From Chrysomallon squamiferum (taxonomy: Eukaryota > Animalia > Mollusca): DNA of 64,000 nt. The position numbers were made by a program, and so were the translations under genes. Location of the stretch: NCBI GenBank assembly GCA_012295275.1, contig CM022675.1:10788001-10852000 (forward strand). Reading direction: 5' to 3'. The notes beneath the pieces are model-generated. The model was given only the letters and a program-made list of their open reading frames with translations. It did no database searches and was not told where the DNA came from. Shown here one piece after another: positions 57,225-64,000 of this stretch (its first letter is position 1; each line of letters begins with the position of its first letter).

Positions 57225-58699
57225 TTTTAAGTTGTCGATAATGAAACATTTATTCACAAATTTTCTATTTTTAACTATCTGATTGTCAGCATTTTTTATT
57301 ATTATTAAACAGGAATGTCGACCAGATATTTAACTTAGAACTGAGAGGAAAATAATAAATAAATATAGAAGCAAAGAAAGACTAACGAAAAATAAAAAAA
57401 CGGGCTATTAAAAATACAATAATATTAAATATAATTAGCAGAGTAAAACAGATTAAAAAAAAAAAAAAAAAAGAATGCTGGAAAAATCTACGGATACATT
57501 TTTTAAATTTATACTGAATTGATATTATCACACGCAAAAACATAATTTCTCTATGAATATTAATGATTTCTTTTGTGTTTTTCTTTTAACATAATGTTTA
57601 AATTAGCATAATAGAAATTGCGGCATCGTTGTTACATAATGGTTCATTTTTGTGAATTACTAATGATAATGGAGAATGGTAAAAACATCGAGAATTTAAT
57701 TTTAAATGATTGTTTGATTCTCATTCACATGTAAATTGAGTGCGTCTTTTAACAACAAAAATAAATGCATTTCACTTATGAAAATAAAAATAAACGAACA
57801 TAACAGTAAGCTTGGAACAGATCCGAAATAAATAAATAAATAAAAAAAAAAAAACTAATAAAAAAATTTAAAAAAAATTAAAAAAAAAAAAAAATACAAA
57901 CAAAAAAACCGAAAATGTACGAATATTACCGAATTCGTACAGGAAATGTATATATTCATTCTGACAACAAAGACTGTAAGATACGAACAGTTCCGAAAGA
58001 TTCCGAATGAAAAATGAAAACACACGAACAGAAGGAAAGAAATAAAGAAGAAAAAAACAAAAAAAAAAAACAAAACGAAACATACTTTATGAACAGTGCA
58101 CGTACAAACCCGTGTCCATATTCAAAGAAATATCAAGAATTGCACATAATTTAAACAGAACGTCTTTGGTTTATTTTGAAAACATGACATAACATAACAT
58201 TAAAATGTGTGCAAAATACGTATTCCACACATAGATTGTTTTTAATTTTTAATTTTTAATTTATTTATTATTTTATTTTTTTTAATTTTTTTTTTTCAAT
58301 TTTACATTACCCCTTGTAAACCGAACGAACGTCGACGATTTCACCACGAACATTTAGCGCCATCACGAATCTGTTTTTAGCTGTGCTACCATCGTGAAGA
58401 AAACGTGACGACGTGATTGGTCAATACCATACGACACCTGACCCCGTAACAGCCAGTAGAAACTGGCGTACGACTTACGCTCATCGTATTTTTGTTTTGT
58501 TTTTAATGTTGAAAGTAAGAGCTGCCAATCCACGAATACCAGACAATGAAAACTGAACACCAGCCAATCATAGTCGAAGAAGTCAGCGACAGTACTTTCG
58601 TTTTCGTTTTCGTTTTCGTTTTCGTATTTTTTTTTTTTTTTTTTGGCTGTCATAAATTGGGTCACGTCAGTCAACTGACAGCGTTAGGCTTTGTTCTGT
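57225..58699 (-). other. Putative Scr 3'UTR (~1.45 kb) ending near AATAAA signals at 57300-57295 or 57254-57249
   Basis: Largely non-repetitive sequence follows the stop codon. It contains many conserved miRNA seed matches, then minus-strand AATAAA hexamers followed by TTTTTGTGC near 57180. The end point is uncertain because AATAAA is common in this AT-rich DNA. Confidence 0.5.
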
Positions 58700-58980
58700 T
58701 CACATCATCAACGCTTTCCTCTCGTCAGCGACTTTTTCTAGGGCGTTCGCCAAGTTCATGTTTTTCGCTATATGCGACAGTTTGTGTTCTTTCTTCCACT
58801 TCATCCGACGGTTCTGGAACCAGATTTTGATCTGTCTCTCCGTTAAGTTCAGCGCATGCGCTATTTCGATTCGTCGTCGCCGCGTGAGGTATTTGTTGTA
58901 GTGGAACTCTTTCTCGAGTTCCAACGTTTGATGACGTGTGTACGACGTCCTTGACCTTTTCGTTTCACCGTCGGTGCCGT
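58700..58980 (-). CDS. Scr: Hox5/Sex combs reduced, terminal homeobox coding exon (partial gene; the hexapeptide exon lies outside the window)
   Basis: Translation (D)[74 protein letters not shown]...KALMM*. The 60-aa homeodomain is at 58963-58784. The TKRxRTSYTR N-terminal arm and KKEHK end are Scr-type, and HIAKNM is the lophotrochozoan Hox5 parapeptide. Acceptor TTTTTCTCTCTGTTTCAG| ends at 58981 (phase 1, G|AC). Stop TGA at 58702-58700. The ORF-track extension to 59053 is intronic simple repeat. Confidence 0.96.
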
Positions 58981-59285
58981 CTGAAACAGAGAGAAAAACG
59001 GACATTATTATTATTGTTATTATTATTGTTATTATCATTATTACTATTATCATTATTATTGTTATTGTTGTTGTTATTATTGTTATTATTATTATTGTTG
59101 TTGTTGTCGTCGTTATTGTTATTGCTGTTGTTATTACTATTGTTATTATTATTGTTAAAACTTACTAATGACAATACTTACGTCAGTGATGAAAATGAAA
59201 TGTCATTGTAAAAAATGCCAAAATTATGACCAACAAGAATATATCCGTACACACGCGCAAACACACACACACACACACACACACA

Positions 59286-59325
<40 letters not shown>

Positions 59326-60647
59326 TATCAAGAAAAGAAAAAAGATATCGAAACAAATCTGACAGATTTAATGAATTTATTAAAATCCAGAAACGAGTTC
59401 ATTCATTTTCAACAAAGAAACTAAAAACTGTCAGAATATTAATTCTAATAGATTTTAAAAATAAAGAAAGTTTACTATTTTTTTTTTAACTGCAACAAAA
59501 CTATATATATATATATCTAACTCTTTACAAGATTTAAGAAACACAAAAATGCCTGAAACGTTTGAGAATCCTTTAGAAATATTAGCTGAGCTGCTTTAAT
59601 TTTTTATCATGGAGACGCTGAAATTCCAAAAATAGTGTCTGATGATATTTTTCTTCTTCTTCTTCTTCTTTTAATGAATTTGACAAACTGCAGCCTTGTT
59701 AATTAACATTTCGGGCTAGATTTTCAGCGCTTCTTAATGTTAAATGATATCACTTCTTACCAAGAAAATTGCTTTTCTCTTTGATGTTGGCTTTTCCCAG
59801 TGGAAATAGTTAAAGCAGTAATTAAGAAGAGAGAGAGAGAGTAAAAAAAGAAATATTTTTGGGGTTTTATAGTCGACTAAGAAATAGCCTGTGGTATGAT
59901 GTTAAGAATGATTATCTAGATTACGTTCACCTGAATATTAATTTTGATACGTTTTAAGATTCTTGAAGTCTTTTTAAGCTGAATAACTTGGTGTGTGGGG
60001 GGGGTTCTTGAGGGGAGGGGTGTTTCTGTATGTATCTTACCACTTCAATAAATATTAGCCTTCTTATTGTACTAGTAAAAAGAAAATAATTCTACTACAA
60101 TTATAACTGCTTCTACAAGTATTACTGCTAATAATAATGCTACTATTCATATTCTTCTTAGATCCTACTACTACTATAACAACAAAACTGCTACTGTTGG
60201 CATCAACTTTACTAGAACAAATTCTACAACTATTACTAATACACATGCTACTATTAACTAACACTATTAATGCCACTATTACCACCATTATCCTACCTTC
60301 TACTGTTATTACTGGTATTGCAATGACGAATAATCATTATGATTACCCTCATCTCCATTACCATTATTATCATGATCTTTATTATCATCATCGTCGTCTT
60401 TGTCAAAGGCGATTAAAAACATATTAAACTATTGCTCTGCCGAGGCTATACTCCGACACCTATCTATTTTTATCTATTTTATATTTAAATTTGTTTTTTC
60501 CCCTATACATAACAACAGAATGAAAAGAAGAAGAAAAAAGAAAAAAATATGACGTCAGACAAAGGGACGGACTGACTCCTAAAAAAAAAAAAAAAAAAAA
60601 AAAATTCTCCCAAACACGAAATGGTTCCTACCCCTTTTTTCATTTAC

Positions 60648-60678
<31 letters not shown>

Positions 60679-61945
60679 TATATAAGAATAAAAAGACTCA
60701 GATAACATTGAGGAATGTATCCGATGTATCCGTTGATACGGGGCTGTCGATGCTTCTAGGCGCAAAACTTAACGAGTCAACACTCCCAGCTTACAAACAG
60801 CGCTTGCGTTCTGAACAAGCCTATCTGGAAACATCAAGTACAGTGTTCATACGCTTCGTTAAACGAATTGAGAAGGCAAAATAAATAACCTGCGTATGTC
60901 TTTAGTTTCTTTTTTTAAAAGTTCCGAATATTTTCACACACTTGTTTCGTGGCCAGATTACTGTACGCATGAATGAACTATGAATGCAATAGGAAGAAAG
61001 GTGCGTGTATGCCTGCAAAGATATCTGTATGACTCTATATCTCTGATTTCTCATTCATTCATTCGTTCGTTCATTCATTCAACGTTCTTTCCTTCTTTCT
61101 GTCTGTATCTTTTGATTTCTGAAACTCCGTGTATTTCAGTTCGTTTTCGTTGGTGTATGTATTTTATTAAAAAAACATCAATTTTTCATATATAAAGAAA
61201 TGATAATAATATTAATACATAAAAAAAAATACATGTATTACATGATGTAAATTCAACTGAACAAAAGGCAAAAAAAAAGTTCAAATTATTTTTAAAAATC
61301 CATTATTTTGTGTGTACTATTAATACAAATTTAATACAATATTTAATACAATATTTTATTAGTGTAAAATGTTAAAATACTTATTATTAAATATAAAAAA
61401 ATAAAAAAAATATTTCAAATGCATATATTATCAATATAATTACATTAAAATGTTTAACTGATACGTAGCAATTTCAAATGCTTCAGTAATACGTATTAAA
61501 ATGTTTAACTGGTTTAAACTAATATGACAATGTTAACGTAATTATGTTTCAACGTGTAACTATTTCAAGGCGTAAAACTAAGAGATGGTATTCTGTAGTT
61601 ATTAACAACATGTATCTTTTGAACAAGTCTGTTCGAAAACATCAGTTTGATAGCAAAAATTATAGTACGTACGAATGAACCTTGAATAAAGTGTGTAAGT
61701 GTTGTTGTGTGTGAATCTTACACGAGTATTTAGGTATTAATTAATAAACATTTTAGTAACTGTTTACATAGTAAATATTTGTTGCAGATATATTTAGACA
61801 CTGTTTTATGTTTGTATGTTTGTATGTGTGTATCTATCTGTATATCTCTTTATCTGTCTCTCAGTAATTCCTTCAACTTCTTCTTTCCATCTTTCTTTCT
61901 ATCTGACACTACTAGGTAATCAAACACACATACACACGCATTTCT

Positions 61946-62036
<91 letters not shown>

Positions 62037-62827
62037 CGTCTTTCACAGTTAAAAAAAAAGTTTCACACAACAGCTAACATGAATCACAGACCACGCACTC
62101 CAGTGGGACGCTGAGGAAGACAAAACTTTCGCACAGTATATCTTTTTATTTGTTCTTAAACTTGGGAGATTTGTTCTAATCCCTCGAGACGGCCCTAGCT
62201 GCAATCAATCACGAAGAATGGAACAGCAAAGATAAATTTCATTGCGTTAAATTACAAATTTCGTGGACGGGGCCCGTTTTCAAAGTCGACCGGTTTTAAT
62301 TTCGTCCAAAAAAAAAAAAAAAAAAAAAAAAAAAGAGAGAAGAAAGAGAAGAGAAAAAAAGAAAAAAAAAAAAAAGGGGGAAAAATCTGATCACCAAACT
62401 TACGAATAACATTCGCGTTCGCAATCAAGAATTTAATCTTATTGTTACGTTGCATTGTTTGAATCTCTCCCTAACCCCATCAAAAAAAAAAAAAAAAAAG
62501 AATTCTAATCCATCCGACATGCTGCTGAAGAACCAATCGCCGACTGGAATGAATTCGACATTCGCCAAATCGAACTGCAATGACAAAATGTCAGCTTGCT
62601 TCCAATTGGACCAGCGGTCCCGCGGCAACAAAAGAAAGCAATCTATTTCGCGAGATTTCTTGCCAAATCACGGCGGAGATGGCAATATTTTACGTCGCTT
62701 TCTGACAACGTACAATTTCACTCGCGTCTGACTGTGGGACACCCAATCGCAGAGGGCATTTTTCAAAAGAAGGGAGGTAATTACTATCTGATACTTTTGT
62801 TTCTAGAACTCTTTTGTTGTTAACTTT

Positions 62828-62861
<34 letters not shown>

Positions 62862-63011
62862 TTCACCCATTTTTTTTTTTTTTTTTTTTTTTTTCATTTT
62901 ATTTTCATTTGCAGAATTAACTTGGGAAAAAAGTTTTCTTCTTCTTCTTCTTCTTCTTCTTCTTCATCGACTTCAATTTTTTTTTTTTTTTTTTTTTTAA
63001 TTTTTTTTTTT

Positions 63012-63099
<88 letters not shown>

Positions 63100-63596
63100 A
63101 CACAAGTCTTAAAGCTCAGCTGGTTTCCTAATGAATGCTTCGGAGCACCTTGGAGAGAAATAAGAAGATACGTTACGAATGAAACAAATTTGTCTTCGTT
63201 AGATTGCAGAGATACGAGCAATTATTCACAGATGAAATATGCTCGGCCCTGCTTTTCTTCAGGCGTTCAAAAAACATTTCATTGTCTGAATAAGAGCAAA
63301 GTACAAAGACGCATGCAGGTGCGAGAATGGAAGTATAGCTTTCTTTCTTGTTCGAGTGTGTGTGTGCGTGTGTATGTGTGTGTGTGATGCGTATGTGTGT
63401 GTGATGCGTGTGTGTTTGTAACAGAGCGTGTGTATGATGTGTATGTGTGTTTGATTCGTTTTAATTGTTTCTTTATTTCTTTATTAATTTTATTTATATA
63501 TTTATTTATTTATTTATTTGTTTATTTATTGTTTTGTTTATTTATTTATTTGTTTATTTATAATTACTACAATGCAGCTACTACCACTACTACTAC

Positions 63597-63655
<59 letters not shown>

Positions 63656-64000
63656 CAATAAAAATAAAAATAACAATAATAATAATAACAATAAAAATAA
63701 TAATAATAACAATAATAACAATAACAATAACAACAACAGCAACAACAACACAACAATAATAATAATCATCATAATTATCGTCATTATTAATACTTTTATT
63801 ATTATTATTTGCTTATATAAAATTTCTGGAATATTCTGGTACATTTCAAAATATAATTAATGTTTAGATCTTTCTCAGTGTCAGTGACCGTTTACGTTTT
63901 GTCAATAACTTTACAGGACAAGAAGTTCGACTTTATAGATTTCTAATATTTTATTATTATTTAACAATTCTGTTTCTGAAAAGCGTAAATAATAATTTAA
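58981..64000 (-). other. Scr intron (3' part; continues beyond the window)
   Basis: Polypyrimidine tract and AG acceptor at 58982-58981. I found no YPWM-encoding sequence in 58981-64000, so the intron is over 5 kb. Confidence 0.8.
62060..62780. promoter_or_regulatory. Candidate Scr intronic enhancer
   Basis: CpG-rich unique DNA with a Pbx/Exd-type ATCAATCA (62204-62211), CTAATCC, TTAAATTAC and TGACA/TGTCA sites. Confidence 0.35.

Noticed and set aside
58308-58330. A second miR-10-like gene on the plus strand
   Set aside because: I found no complementary arm nearby to form a hairpin. It reads better as a target site in the minus-strand Scr mRNA.
58981-59053. N-terminal extension [12 protein letters not shown]... 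of the homeobox ORF
   Set aside because: It is intronic (ATA/ATT)n repeat and polypyrimidine tract upstream of the AG acceptor at 58982-58981.

Overview
This is eukaryotic animal DNA: very AT-rich and saturated with microsatellites. It is a 64-kb slice of a lophotrochozoan Hox cluster, most likely molluscan; an octopod cephalopod is my guess from the repeat landscape. Two genes are supported, both on the minus strand. The first is the terminal homeobox exon of Hox5/Sex combs reduced (58980-58700), with the lophotrochozoan HIAKNM parapeptide, a clean acceptor and a likely ~1.45-kb 3'UTR; its first exon lies beyond the right edge. The second is the miR-10 hairpin (~3048-3116), which the ORF track does not show, about 55.6 kb downstream of Scr in its ancestral Hox4-Hox5 position. 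Between them is a gene-free interval of simple repeats punctuated by short CpG-richer islands carrying Hox/TALE/Cdx, CRE, NF-Y, YY1 and nuclear-receptor motifs (candidate enhancers and promoters), plus one MITE and several minisatellites. The most interesting inferred system is a local Scr/miR-10 circuit. The Scr 3'UTR holds an extended bulged miR-10 site among many other conserved miRNA seed matches. The miR-10 hairpin has its own CRE/YY1 promoter-like island and is bracketed by two strong 5' splice donors, so it could be either intronic or exonic. Nearly all other ORFs in the track are microsatellite artefacts. Motif calls were made by eye and are untested.
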